Below are positions 1 to 13,689 of a DNA stretch of 64,000 nt, one piece after another (the first letter of the stretch is position 1; every line of letters starts with the position of its first letter). A program made the translations under genes and the position numbers. The notes under the pieces are model-generated. The model was given only the letters and a program-made list of their open reading frames with translations. It made no database searches and was not told where the DNA came from. The stretch is from Octopus vulgaris. Taxonomy: Eukaryota. The stretch lies in NCBI GenBank assembly GCA_951406725.2, contig OX597826.1:6510001-6574000 (forward strand), written 5' to 3'.

Positions 1-446
<446 letters not shown>

Positions 447-903
447 GTCTATCTATCTATATGTCTATCCATCTATGTATTTATCTATCTGACTATCTAT
501 CTAACTATTTATCTACCTATCTGTCTGTTTGTTTGTCTGCTTGTCTATCTGTATATTATATCTATCTAATTCTCTGCCTATCTATGTATCTGTACACACA
601 CACACACACACATACACATACACGCACACATATATACATATATGTATGCACACACGTATATGTACATATATGTGTGTGCATAGTTTTATGCATATATGTT
701 TGTGTTTGTATATATACGCATAAGAATATTGAGAAGGATATGTGGATAAGCGAGGCAGTCTGAGGGACGGTGAAACATACTTGGGAAAGAGGAGTTTTAA
801 AAATTAATGAAAATTAATAGGATTATCAATATCATACATATATGCCTCTGTATATAAAGTGTTTCTACGTGTGGGTAAATGTATGTATATATTCATGTAT
901 ATG

Positions 904-960
<57 letters not shown>

Positions 961-1099
961 ATGTATGTATGCGTGTAGGCATAGTCCAGTGTGTGATAGA
1001 GGGATGAGTGTGGGAATGCTGTAAGCTAAGATCGAATGGATAAAAACATAGCGTTTTAAATTAAAATTTTTCTCGATTTCATATTTTGATCCCAATGCA

Positions 1100-1760
1100 A
1101 TTAAGTTAAAAGATAACAAATTACTGCATATATCCCCATTCGCAATTAACTAATGAGTATTTGTTTGGTATGTTACTTTACTCTCCATGTCTCTCTGTCC
1201 ATCTCTTCCGGATTATCCACTTACTCCCTTTAGGAGTTTAATTATGTTGTGGTCGTTCCGAAAGCTTAGGTTCCCGTTTATATTATTTAGCTGTTGTTTT
1301 TGAAAAATTTTTATTCTCTTCATTTTGAACATTTTGCTTCTTTTTTTATTGTGGGTAGGGGCCTTACAAACGTTTTACATTGTTTTGCCATAATATCCGA
1401 CCCTTTTTCTTGATTTATGCTAAGGAGGATTATGTTGAAAATCACATAGGAGGAATGCATTAAGAAATGCTTTAAATTGTATGATATTGGGTGCCATGAA
1501 GTCGCATTTCTAATATATGTAACAGTATGACTATTCAGCGAAATATGTTTTAATTATATATTTTAGTTTGGTAGACATCATACCAGACGAGTAGTACACT
1601 AGCATGTATATTTTAGGTCAATTATCAACAGTAACGATGGCATTTAAGTTTTTATCTATTCTCTTATATTTATTGTTTTTAATACTTCTTTTTTAAAAAA
1701 TCAGTATTACCCACATCGTCCTATTTAGAAAGAATTCTCTTGCCTTCACTAGACTTAAAG
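1100..1760 (+). mobile_element. Possible decayed LINE ORF1 (gag-like, I/Nimb/Jockey-group) remnant
   Basis: Fragments KLKDNKLLHISPFAIN (cf. ORF1 'lSPFaI') at ~1103-1150 and ICFNYIF*FGRH (cf. zinc knuckle RCFnCqkFGH) at ~1543-1578. Many stops and frameshifts. Confidence 0.3.
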
Positions 1761-2029
1761 GAAATACCAGCAATGTTGTCCAAAAAATAGAGTAAAGAAA
1801 TATCTTAGACCCCGATACGCCATATATTAAGAAAAAGACAGGATAATGTAGGCTGGCTTTGCTGCGTGGATAAGAAACTCGTTCTACAGTCACGTGGTTT
1901 GATGTTCAGACACTCTGGTTACCGACTTTGACATATGCCTTCTACTATGATAACTTGCAGATAAATAATTTGTGAGTAAATTTGGTAACCCGTCCAGGAC
2001 ATAGGCATTCATGCATATATGTATAAACG

Positions 2030-2390
2030 CAATCGTGTGGAGATGTGTCAATGCTTACTTGACCACAACAACGATGAATGAGAAGCCGTATTGTACAGAA
2101 TAATGACTGTAGATGAAACCCGTATCCATTTCTTTGAGGAAGCATCCAAGAGTATTGCCAGCAACAAAGAAATTCAAAGCTCAAAATTTCACAGAAGTCA
2201 TGTTAACTGTTTTAAGGGAGGATAAAGGGTCTATGCTAGAACATTAACAGAGAAAAGGGATCTATAGTCACAAAAGTAAGGATGTAGTGAAATGCTGGCC
2301 AACAGGCTGAAAGGAACTAACGACGAGGTCTATTCTCAAATCAGGTGTAATTGTTACACAGCAATGCACACCCACTCACAGCATCACACA
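2030..2390 (+). mobile_element. Decayed Tc1/mariner transposase fragment
   Basis: Broken translation RIMTVDETRIHFFE (cf. RIVTGDETW), KKFKAQ..VMLTV, and SNAHPLTA (cf. DNARPHTA). Confidence 0.75.
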
Positions 2391-2747
2391 GCCCAAGAAA
2401 TATATAGGAAAGCAAAGAGACTATGTTCAGCCCCTGCTTTCGTTTTAATAAATCACAGAATTACACAGAAACAGAGAGAGAGAGAGAATGAGAGATATAT
2501 ACACATGTACACACACGAACACACACACACATATCTATCAATATGTGTGTATATATATATATGTATATATATATAAACTGTCCCGTTTGTTGTATTTTTA
2601 TTTTCTCTTATATTACCACTTTTTTTACCTCTCGCGTCTCATGTTTGATCTTTGACCTCTGGCCGAAATCAGATCGCCATGTTGATTCGTTAGCTACTGC
2701 ACACATTTTTTTTCTCTCCTTCTTTCTGTGTTTTTTCTCTCTGTGTA

Positions 2748-2785
2748 TCTTTCTGTTGAAGAGCGTAGGCTCGAAACGTTAAAGA
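2748..2785 (+). ncRNA. Minimal type I hammerhead ribozyme motif (variant core), copy 1
   Basis: TCTTT-CTGTTGA-A-GAGC(GTAG)GCTC-GAAA-CGTT-AAAGA. Stem I TCTTT/AAAGA, stem II GAGC/GCTC, palindromic AACGTT in place of stem III. Core has A6>U. Confidence 0.6.
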
Positions 2786-3283
2786 CTTGTTTTATTTATA
2801 TTTCCTGAGCGCCATACTAATACAATTGTTCGTTTGTTTTCCACCTGCCTTCGTCTTTTGTTTATTTTCATAAAGCTTCCCGTTATATATTATGCGCTCA
2901 CGTGGTCTCACTTTCATCCTATATTCTACCAATACCACTATCAACACTTACCTCTACCTTGGATTTTCTTTACCTCTTGGATACTTACCATTGGCTGCAC
3001 CTCTCTTTCGCGGATCAAAGTGACTTTGCATTGATGTGAAATCCTTAAAAAATATACCACGACGTCTACACATTTCTCACCTTGAACTTTCAACCTTGAA
3101 CTTGTTCGCATAAACTGTCCCGTTTGTTGTATTTTTATTTTCTCTTATATTACCACTTTTTTTACCTCTCGCGTCTCATGTTTGATCTTTGACCTCTGGC
3201 CGAAATCAGATCGCCATGTTGATTCGTTAGCTACTGCACGCATTTTTTCTCTCCTTCTTTCTGTGTTTTTCTCTCTCTGTGTA

Positions 3284-3321
3284 TCTTTCTGTTGAAGAGC
3301 GTAGGCTCGAAACGTTAAAGA
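3284..3321 (+). ncRNA. Minimal type I hammerhead ribozyme motif (variant core), copy 2
   Basis: Identical motif to 2748-2785, 536 nt downstream. Confidence 0.6.
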
Positions 3322-3585
3322 CTTGTTTTATTTATATTTCCTGAGCGCCATACTAATACAATTGTTCGTTTGTTTTCCACCTGCCTTCGTCTTTTGTTTA
3401 TTTTCATAAAGCTTCCCGTTATATATATACACGTGTGTACGTGTGATGTAAGAGAGAGAGAGTGAGTGTGTTGCTGTGTTTGTGTTTGTCCTCGTTCTTT
3501 TTGACAATTGATGATGGTGATGTCCCTGTAACATGATAATTCAATAAGTAAAACCGAATAAGAAGAAGAAGAAGAAGCCGAAGTA

Positions 3586-3587
<2 letters not shown>

Positions 3588-3648
<61 letters not shown>

Positions 3649-3670
3649 GAAGAAGAAGAAGAAGGAGAAG
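3588..3670. repeat. (AAT)n/(AAG)n microsatellite
   Basis: Directly visible. Confidence 0.97.
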
Positions 3671-4906
3671 AGGTGGATTAGATTAGTTCGATTGAATTTA
3701 CGAAGTCGGTGTCCCAGCATGGCCGTTATCCAACGAATGAAATTATGCGTTTTTCCGATAGATGTATAATGCAGTGTCTCTCAATGAACATCATGAATGG
3801 CTGTTGCGAAACATGCTATTATCTTAACATTTTCACCGACAAAATAATTGAGCTTGGCAGAGAATAGAGATGTACATTATTTTGAACTTGTGAAATAAAA
3901 TTACTCTCGATACTATAAACATCCATTTGAGAATGATCAAGAGAAATAGAATCTACCTTAGCATTATCACCAATAAAATTAATGAATTGTTTTCACTTGA
4001 CGTGGGTGAAATAATATTGATGCAGCTATGTATGTTGCAATTATGTGCTATCAGATTATAAAGGTTTCCTTAAAACAAACGTCATTTACGAGTAGATTTA
4101 ATTCATTTTATATACAAAGGTATATGTTTCAGATACAGATATTACTATACTTAGCTGTAATGTGGTACAATAGACCAGAACATTACAGCTGATGCGATGT
4201 GTTAACATGACACATCCCTAGCGTTCATTGTGTTCCTGTATATTAATCATTTCTCAACAATGGGAATGCGATATTTCCATAGTAATCAAATGGTATCATT
4301 GATATATTACTGAAAACGGGACCCTGTGAAGGATATTTTACTAAAGCAATATAACGGGAATTTTAGTAGTATTCGACATGGTAATTGAATGCATTTCAAA
4401 TACTGAGTGGTATATTCTTATTGAAAAGCGGTGGTATCATATGGAAATAATTTGATACGAAAGAAATAAAAGACAATGATTTTAAATAATTTTGTCAAAT
4501 GATTAAGACTATATAGAAAATATGCTATGAGCAAAAACATGTGAAGAATTGGCTAGTCCTCAATAAATCATGATATATGAAAATTTCATATCAATGAAAT
4601 AAATCCAATAAACTGTATTAGCAAATGACGAGGAAATTTGGAATGAGTTGCCATATTTTTTTTTGTAAAATAATTAATACTTTTTAAGAGTATATTGCGC
4701 GAAATTCCCTCCTGTTTCTACAAATGTCACCTATTGAAGTGATTACACAGGGTTATAAAAATTTAAAAACAGCACACGATTGAAAACAAACAAGGGATAT
4801 AATCGCAATGTGTAATTCGTAATATATCATGTTATTCTGACTGACAATATTTCTCATCCTCTTACTAATTTTAATAAAACATGAATTTACGTTAATAATA
4901 TTAACA

Positions 4907-5064
4907 GCGTAGGTGGTGTGGCTAGGTGGTAAGAAATTGATTCCCAACTGCATTGTTGCGAGTTCAGTCCTACCGTGTGGAATCTAGGTCAAGCGTCTTC
5001 TATGTCCTGAGGTTGACGAAAGTTGTGTGAGTAGATTTGGTACACAGAAACACAAAGAAGCCCG

Positions 5065-5119
<55 letters not shown>

Positions 5120-5370
5120 AGTGTGTGTGTGTATAGAGAGAGAGAGAAAGAGAGGTACGCATTCATGTATGTGTGCGTTTGTTTGTGTCTGTATCTGTCT
5201 CCCTCAGTCATTCGGCGACCGGTGATGGTGTGTAACATAGTGGTCCGCTTAAAGATTTCGATAGAATAAATACCAGGCTTTAAATACATAAGTACTGGGG
5301 GTGATTAATTCCACTAAGAGTTCAAGTCGGTACTCCAGCCTGGTCAAAGTCCTATGAATGAAACAGGTTA
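4907..5370 (+). mobile_element. Diverged tRNA-derived SINE, family A (internal TA/TG microsatellite)
   Basis: A/B-box-like head GTGGCTAGGTGGTAAG...GAGTTCAGTCC, then AAAGAAGCCCGTC before (TA)n. Tail GGTACTCCAGCCTGG..ATGAAAC. Matches the copy at 22304. Confidence 0.75.
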
Positions 5371-6268
5371 CAGAAAAAAAAATACGTTAAAAACAAGCGA
5401 TACTGAGAAATGTCTTACTAAAATTTGTAAAATCATAAAAGGAAATATTACACATGTCATTGAATTTCGCTTTGATTATATAGCATCGAAGTAAAGGCAA
5501 CAATAACGAAAACAGGAAACAATAGATCAAAGAAAAAAAAACATAAAACACAAGAGATGAAATTGTCGAGATTTATTCCACCCGTGTGAAAATAATAAAC
5601 CACATTTGAAGCAACAGTAGCAAATATACCGATATGTAAGTTCGCTTTAAAAATATTTTCTATCATATTAAACAAAATGACTGTCGTAGTCCGAAACAAA
5701 TGTAGGTTTTATAAACAAGAGCTATAAAAAGAATAAATGTAAATGTATATGAGACTACAGCGAGATTTATTAAATCGGTGCAGAGCTTCAGGTCCAAGAG
5801 GCTGTATCTATTGTGCTACATAAATTACTATTAAATAGATAACGATAATGAATATAAGAACCAAACACTCTATATTTAAAGTTGCTTCAATAATACTGGT
5901 TATTCAACAAATATCTACAGTAAACGAAGAAAAAAGATAAACCCCTGAAGGACATTGGCATAACGTCTGGTCCGTAATAACAATGACTATATTAGTTTAT
6001 ATTTTACAAAGCTAGTGAAATATTCCTATGTTACAGGAACAATGAAAAAACATGTCGTACAATTTGATACGTAACTAGTTTTCTGTTAGGTGTCTCATAC
6101 ATGCAGCTATTCTGTCGTATGTGAGAATTTAACATTATATATCTGGCACCAGTATAGTCAGAATATCATATATTCATGTGTGCGTGTTTCTGTGTATGGG
6201 TGTATGTTAGAGCGTGTGCTTGTGAGCTTGTGTGCGCGAGTGTATTTGTGTGTATATGTGCCATTCTG

Positions 6269-6311
<43 letters not shown>

Positions 6312-6656
6312 ATATGGAGCGGTTCCTGCTATTTCCAGCTGTCAGGTATCAAACATTGACAAGAGTAAAGAAGGGCGAAATCACGTGATCTGGTAGTCTT
6401 GGTAGCGGAAGTGGCAGTGATCTTCTGCCGCTAGCGATGTAAACAAGAAAACGCTTATACGTACCACAAAACCATATTAGAGATTTTTCTCTTGCTGAAT
6501 ATCGCAGTATCGAGTGTTCTAACGCAATCGCCATTTTTAAATTTATGGCGATAAATATAACGGTACAAATATATGATGATAAATATGTGGTACAAAAGTG
6601 AACAAAAAAAAGCGGGCACAGTTTAAGGCAAAAACAAAAAAAATGCAGAGTATAAT

Positions 6657-7046
6657 TTTTTTTTGGAAGCACTCCGTCGGTTACGACGATGAGGGTTCCG
6701 GTTCATCCGATCAACAGAACAGCCTGCTCGTGAAATTAATGTGTAAGTGGCTGAGCACTCCACAGACACGTGTACCCTTAACGTAGTTCTCGGGGATATT
6801 CAGCGTGACACGGACAGTGACAAGGCCGGCCCTTTGAAATACAGGTACAACAGAAACAGGAAGTAAGAGTGAGAGAAAGTTGTGGTAAAAGAGTACAGCA
6901 GGGATCACCATCATCCCCTGCCGGAGACTCGTGGAACTTTAGATGTTTTCGCTCAATAAACACTCACAACGCCCGGTCTGGGAATCGAAACCGCGATCCT
7001 ACGACCGCGAGTCCGCTGCCCTAACAACTGGACCATTGCGCCTCCA
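6657..7046 (-). mobile_element. tRNA-derived SINE, family B1, full length with 11-bp TSD
   Basis: Minus-strand head GTGGAGGCGCAATGGTCCAGTTGTTAGGGCAGCGGACT...GGTTTCGATTCCC and A-tail. TSD CAGAGTATAAT at 6646-6656 and 7047-7057. Near-identical to 40039-40407. Confidence 0.9.
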
Positions 7047-7484
7047 CAGAGTATAATACTGCTGTATGAGATTTACGCGAAAGAAATATATGAGATAATG
7101 TGGCTTACGTAACCAACATATACTATTTTACAGGAAGAACAGACTAGAGAAAAACATGGAGTGAGTAAATCACACGGCCAACACCTGTATGTTTATATAT
7201 AGGAGTATACACATTACTATTAATATGCATTACTCTTTTGCTGTATCATTCCGGACTTACTATCACTCGTTTCATAGTTACTGTTACTATAATTGTTTAA
7301 ATTGGAGAAGAAAAAAAGAGGAAAACATAGTATCAAATAATATCATACATAAAATACATGCGAAATTAAATGTCTTAACGTTCATACATATAACTAGATA
7401 TCTAAATTTGACGTATTGCATTATATTTACTGTCGAAAATTGAGGTATTTGGTACAACACACATATATATATATATATGTGTGA

Positions 7485-7524
<40 letters not shown>

Positions 7525-7545
7525 ATGTATGTATGTATGTATGCA

Positions 7546-7592
<47 letters not shown>

Positions 7593-7593
7593 T

Positions 7594-7730
7594 TTATTTA
7601 AAGCAGCAGAAAATTCTACAAAAAAAATTCTACAAAAATTTTCTGCTGCTTTAAATAACGCATATTACTCTACCACTAGTATTTGAGTACTCTTTTTTTC
7701 CACCTTGTTTCACGTTTATGTGTTTACGGT
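7594..7730. mobile_element. Short TA-embedded element with a 22-bp inverted repeat (probable Penelope-type inverted terminus)
   Basis: TTATTTAAAGCAGCAGAAAATT (7594-7615) is the reverse complement of 7637-7658. (TA)n on both sides. Confidence 0.5.
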
Positions 7731-8034
7731 ATATATATATATATATATATATCATGCACTACATTGGATATAATTATCGTAAGATAACGTGATATGTATT
7801 AAATGATAACTAACAGATGCAAAAAGAAACGTTTAAATACATCTGATCCTATCACTAAATCGAGAAGGGTAGCGAACCTATACGGGGTATTAAGATTTTA
7901 AATCGCTTTGGTGAGATGAGATGTCTATATCTGTAATGTGAAGTTCTTGAATTTAGCTTAGAAGTATGTATACACGCATACTTACATACATACACAGATA
8001 CACACCCATGCATATGTGTATATACATATATACA

Positions 8035-8081
<47 letters not shown>

Positions 8082-8083
8082 AT

Positions 8084-8118
<35 letters not shown>

Positions 8119-8239
8119 CAGACAGACAGACAGAAAGAGAAAGAAAGAAAGGGAGAGAGAGAAGTAGATAGATTGGGATAGATAAAGATAGATTTACATA
8201 ATTCTATATAAATATATGTATGAAAATATATGAGTGCGG

Positions 8240-8278
<39 letters not shown>

Positions 8279-8537
8279 TATGTGTGTGTGCGTATGTGAG
8301 TAACTACATTAATATGTGCATGTGTATTGTGCATGTGGTTGTATATAAATACATGCATGTGTGTAAAGGAAGATGGATAGATAAATATAACAGATAGAAA
8401 GATACATACACACACACACACACACACAAATATATATATATATATATAACATGTATATATATACATATGTATATATATATATATATATATACCTACATAT
8501 ATATAGATGTATGTGTACATATATGCATATATATATA

Positions 8538-8568
<31 letters not shown>

Positions 8569-8638
8569 GCATATATATATATATATATATAGATAGATAG
8601 ATGTATGTGTACATAGATATATATGTATATACATATAC

Positions 8639-8711
<73 letters not shown>

Positions 8712-9339
8712 AAGAGAATTACATCAAATTCCTTACTTAAATGATTATATATATATATGCTTCTTTAACTGTATGCATTTACAGTTATACTTAATAATTA
8801 ATTCCTGGATATTTATATATATAACTCTACGAACACATGATTAAAAGTCAACACTCTATATATTCGGATATAAAATTAATTAGACATGAATAGATATATA
8901 AATATAGATAAGCTGATTTTACTTAACATTTAGCTCGATTTAACATACTCTGAACCCTTTCATGTTTATCGAAATCGAAAATTTGACTTCGTAAATTCTG
9001 TCATTAGTATTTGCAGCAAAATCTCCTAAAAGCCAATCGGCTAATATAACTCTTTCACTATCTCTTCAATCTCCATTACACTTGCGTACATTTTTATCTC
9101 TCCCGAAATCTATCTAGATTTCTATGTACCTTAGTGTTTGTCACTATCCTCCTTACCAAACAAATTCACTATCTGTAATGCAATCAGAGAGTTGATAAAA
9201 ATACTTTACAGCTAAAATAATTCGGTTTTTAATGGTGGTTTTATATTCTAATGTAAAATATTGATTCACTGAATATTTACATATAATTATATATGTACAT
9301 TTGTCTCTCTCTTCATCTCACTCCCTCTCTCTATCTTTC

Positions 9340-9433
<94 letters not shown>

Positions 9434-9637
9434 AATATATACGCATATAAATATATAAGCATTTATACGTTTATAAATGTGTGTGAGTGTGATTGTGTGA
9501 GTGAATATGCATACGTATATATATATATATATACATTTATATGTATATATACATACATATATATGTATATACATAAATATATATAATATTATATATATAT
9601 ATTTGTATATATATATATATGTTGATATATGCATATA

Positions 9638-9694
<57 letters not shown>

Positions 9695-10373
9695 CGAGGT
9701 ATGTATGTGTAAAGGGAAATAGAGAGAGGAAGTGTGGTGAGGAAGAGCAAGGAGAAAGTGCCGGATGATCTGCGCAAAGATCTTTGCGTATGAGTGGGCG
9801 CAAGTAAAGACCCAGAATGAGAGAGGTGGGCAGAGGGAGAAAGTGTATGCATGTGCGTGTGTGTTTGTGTGTTTATGTGCGTGTGTGTGTGTGTGTGCGC
9901 GCGGGAGAGAGACGGAGAGAAATAACGATAAGGGAGAAGAGAATATATTATGGTTCTCCATAAAATTGACACCGAAGGATATCCGTTTATAATTTTGTAT
10001 ACTTTTCTCTTTCATGATCTGATTCAGTTATTTAATATAATATTTGTTTACTAGATTTGTCTTTCATCGTGGATTACATTTTATGCACATTGATTTATTT
10101 AATACTACGCCCGTTTTTGGCAAACTAGATTTTTTCGAAACAGTTTAGTATATAACTACGTATCTAGTACTTTAAGCGAATGTATGTGTATGTGTGTGTA
10201 TTTGTGTGTGTCCATGTTTGACTGTACTTGTGTATGCATGTGTAGATATATGGATAGACGGGCGGATGTTGGGAGGGGGGATACATGTGTTTAAATTCTT
10301 GTTTTATATTTTTATGTGTACGTATGCAGAATGAAACTTAATTTACTACATACACACACACACACACACACAT

Positions 10374-10405
<32 letters not shown>

Positions 10406-10466
10406 TTATAAATATATATACATACATACATACATAGACAGACAGACATATAGACAGAGAGACAGA

Positions 10467-10642
<176 letters not shown>

Positions 10643-11624
10643 CATATACATACATATGTAAATAATGAATAACTTTATTTTCGAACATACAATACTCATG
10701 CTTGGTCAATTCTATGAACATTTTTTGTATTCCTTTACAAGTGATTTTTGCACATTCTGAAAATCTCAAAAACATACACACGAAGAGCTCCCGCAGAATT
10801 TCAGCCTACTAAAATCACTCACAAAGTATTTATCGATGCGAGTTTATATTAGAAATATTTGATCCATTTACGGCGAAGTAGAAATGAACTCAAAACAGGA
10901 TTACGAAGCATACGCTTGGATCTTAAGCGCAATACCGACCCTTCTAATGGCGGATTACATAATTTGAGAAATGTTTTAGATATAATGAAGAAAAACGGGC
11001 ACACCCTGTGCTCACTCATGAATAAAGTAAATTTGGATTTACTAAATATATTCTCAAAAGAATTCATATTTCAACGAAATGACATCAAGAGTTATTTCCC
11101 CTGCTTATCGTTTATGCATACGTAACAAATAAAAAATGCATTTTCAATCACCCGTCCGCCAGCTTTGAATAAAATTAAACCACAATATTGAGCTTGAGCC
11201 ACGCACCCAAAAAGTATTTCTGCCAAACTTGGTGAAAATTTGTTCAACAGTTTTCCAGGATTTTTGCAAACACACAGACAAAGAGATATACACGAGCTAC
11301 TACAATACTCTGCTTTCACTTACGTGCGCAAGGTAATAAAATGAAATACTAATAATTATTGTCCAGTTCCATATGAAAATACAACAATATAATGAATTCT
11401 AGAGAATGCCTTGGAAACTTGGAAACTTTTATTTGTTGATGAAATTCAAAAACATAGAATTAGAAATAGCGTGTCCTATACTAAAGGGGAAAATATTTGA
11501 AAAGAAACAACTTTCGCTATTAATATTAGTTAAAATATGTCTGGGTGCAGGAGGTCATTGTTTCGAAGCAAATGCCAGACAGTCACATGTTTCCAGCACG
11601 TTATATATATATACCTGCTCGCTT

Positions 11625-11720
11625 AGCCAGCGGAGTGGCGTAATTTGAAGGCTAAAACAGTGCGAACGCATTGTGACCAGCGATGTGTAAAACATCTGAT
11701 GGTCTGGTCGGTGAGGTGAT

Positions 11721-11727
<7 letters not shown>
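11625..11727 (+). repeat. ~105-bp structured interspersed repeat abutting (TA)n (second copy at 59295-59401)
   Basis: AGCCAGCGG...GAAGGCTAAAACA.TG.GAA..GCATTGT.ACCAGCGATGTGTA..AACATCTGAT.G.CTGGTC.GTGA.GGTGATCA is shared by both copies. Confidence 0.75.
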
Positions 11728-11763
<36 letters not shown>

Positions 11764-11764
<1 letters not shown>

Positions 11765-12430
11765 CTGTCAGCCTTGGCATTGTCGTTCTTTTTCGACCAA
11801 CCGCCATCTTGGCCGGTCACGTTCGTCTGTCCACCTAGTCGCCGGAGAAGATTTTTTGTTTCTTCTTTGCGCCAGCTACAACGTCCGTCTGACAGTCGAA
11901 AGACCTTTTCTGTTATTTATTTATGTTGTAAATAGACAATTATTTTCATTTTGTTGTATAGCCGAAAGGCGTTTGTCTATTATGTAATTCTTTTTCTGTT
12001 GAACTTGTAATATTATTTCATAATGTTACGTTCGTCTAATAGCTGAAAGACCCTTTCTGTTATTTATTTATTTGTAAATTTACAACTATTTTCTTGTTGT
12101 ATAGGCGGACGGCGTTCGTCTGTTGTATGTGTATCATTCTAACTTTCTTGTTCTTGTTTATGTTCTTGTATAACTACGTTTCCTTTTCCCAGAAGTTTCA
12201 TGTTTTTAGCTTAATGCTCTGGCACTTGCCGGATTCGAGTGGTCCAGGAAGGACAAAGTGTGAAACCGCTAGGACTTGCCGAACTCTGACTGATGAGGAA
12301 ATCTCCTGCGAATTGTCTGAGTGCCTTGTTTCTTTTTCCAGTTTCCCGTTTGTTGTGTTATTGTCTGTTTCACCATGTGTTGTTTTTGTAGTGTTCTTTC
12401 TGTCCTACACATCATTTATAAAAATTAGTA
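11764..12430 (+). mobile_element. Unclassified repeat element with an internal ~150-bp-period duplication and a degenerate CTGATGAG...CGAA motif
   Basis: Segments starting ~11877 and ~12027 (ACGT.CGTCT.A.AG..GAAAGACC.TTTCTGTTATTTATTTAT) are paralogous. Starts right after (TA)n. Confidence 0.4.
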
Positions 12431-12609
12431 GGAGACGCCATTATGAATAGACCAGTAGCCGGTCGTCAAGAGAGAGTCGAGAGCCGACCGTTTTAATCGG
12501 TGTCTTGTGGAGTTACCAGCAATAGTAAGACAGATTTTAGTGTATTACTATACTCGTACGAGTGCTCAGATTGAATGTGCTCATACTTCACAGTCGACTG
12601 TTTACTCAC

Positions 12610-12715
12610 ACACAAATGCACACTACCAAACCCAGATGAAATATTTGCTAAACTAAAAGAAAGTAAAATTTTCTCGAAGTTAAACCTCTCTGAGGCGTAC
12701 CTTCAAATTCAGTTA
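12610..12715 (+). mobile_element. Ty3/Gypsy pol reverse transcriptase fragment
   Basis: TLPNPDEIFAKLKESKIFSKLNLSEAYLQIQL matches the Gypsy RT motif pLP.idelfa.L.g.k.FSKLDL..AYlQi.l. Confidence 0.8.
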
Positions 12716-12784
12716 CATATCACACCAGTTGGAGTAATCCACTTTATAACATATATATATGTTTACATATTCTGTTATTCGTCT

Positions 12785-13024
12785 ATTCTTGTACCTGTTT
12801 CAGTCATTTGTCTCCGGCCATGCTGGAGCATCGTCTTCAAAGATTTTAGTCGCACAAATCGAACCCCAGGACTACACCAAGACTAAACCTACTACATATC
12901 CTGGAGGTCTCTTTTGTTGAACTGCTAAATTACGGTGACGTAAACAGATCAACACTGATTATCAAGCGTTGATGAGCGGGGAGTGTTTATCAAACGGGGA
13001 TACAAAGAAACCCACACACACATG

Positions 13025-13063
<39 letters not shown>

Positions 13064-13190
13064 TATATATATACAGGCTTCTTTCTGTTACCTAATTCAC
13101 TCACAAGGCTTGGTCGGCCCGAGGCTAGAGTAGAAGTTACTTGCCCCAGATGCCATGCAGCACGATTGACCCCGGAACTCATTTGCATAC
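12785..13190 (-). mobile_element. SINE family A, diverged
   Basis: GTTTCAGTCATTTG..GGCCATGCTGGAGCA tail and CACTCACAAGGCTTGGTCGGCCCGAGGCTA body, reverse orientation. Confidence 0.8.
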
Positions 13191-13689
13191 AGCCGATCAG
13201 AGCTAACCTTGACCTTGTTGTCGCTGTTGAGCTCTCAGATTATGCCTAGACGCAAAGCCCAACATGACATTTGTGAATGTGATAAAAACAACCAATCTCT
13301 TGGTAAAACACATTCTACCAAGTAAACTCAAGTCGAAGAACGGTGTTGTAAGTCAACCGATCGCCAAGGAGAAAGTAATTAGATAGATTTGCATCTATAC
13401 CTATTATCGGATGTTTGTTAGGGCCACTTATGGTAAAGATGTTGATGGGGAAAACGCGGATAGAGGGTGATGTGCTAGTAACCTTCTCCTCTTAAAAACA
13501 ACATAAATAACTACGCAGCGGCAGCCATGGTTGAAACAAGAGCAAGAACAACAAGTATTATTAAAAGAGTAAAGAAGCATGGTCATTCCTTACCCAATTG
13601 GCATTATCTTATTGCTCATCACATGTTATGCGCTGATAAATTAGTTTGATAGTTGAGCCCTGGTTAGCTGTATGCAAATGAGTTCATAA

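Larger units (their letters stand above)
2573..3428 (+). mobile_element. Penelope-like tandem terminal repeat (pLTR) element: two near-identical ~315-bp copies (2573-2890, 3110-3428) flanked by (TA)n
   Basis: The direct repeat is visible base by base. Each copy carries a hammerhead-like core, and both outer ends abut TA runs. Confidence 0.75.
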
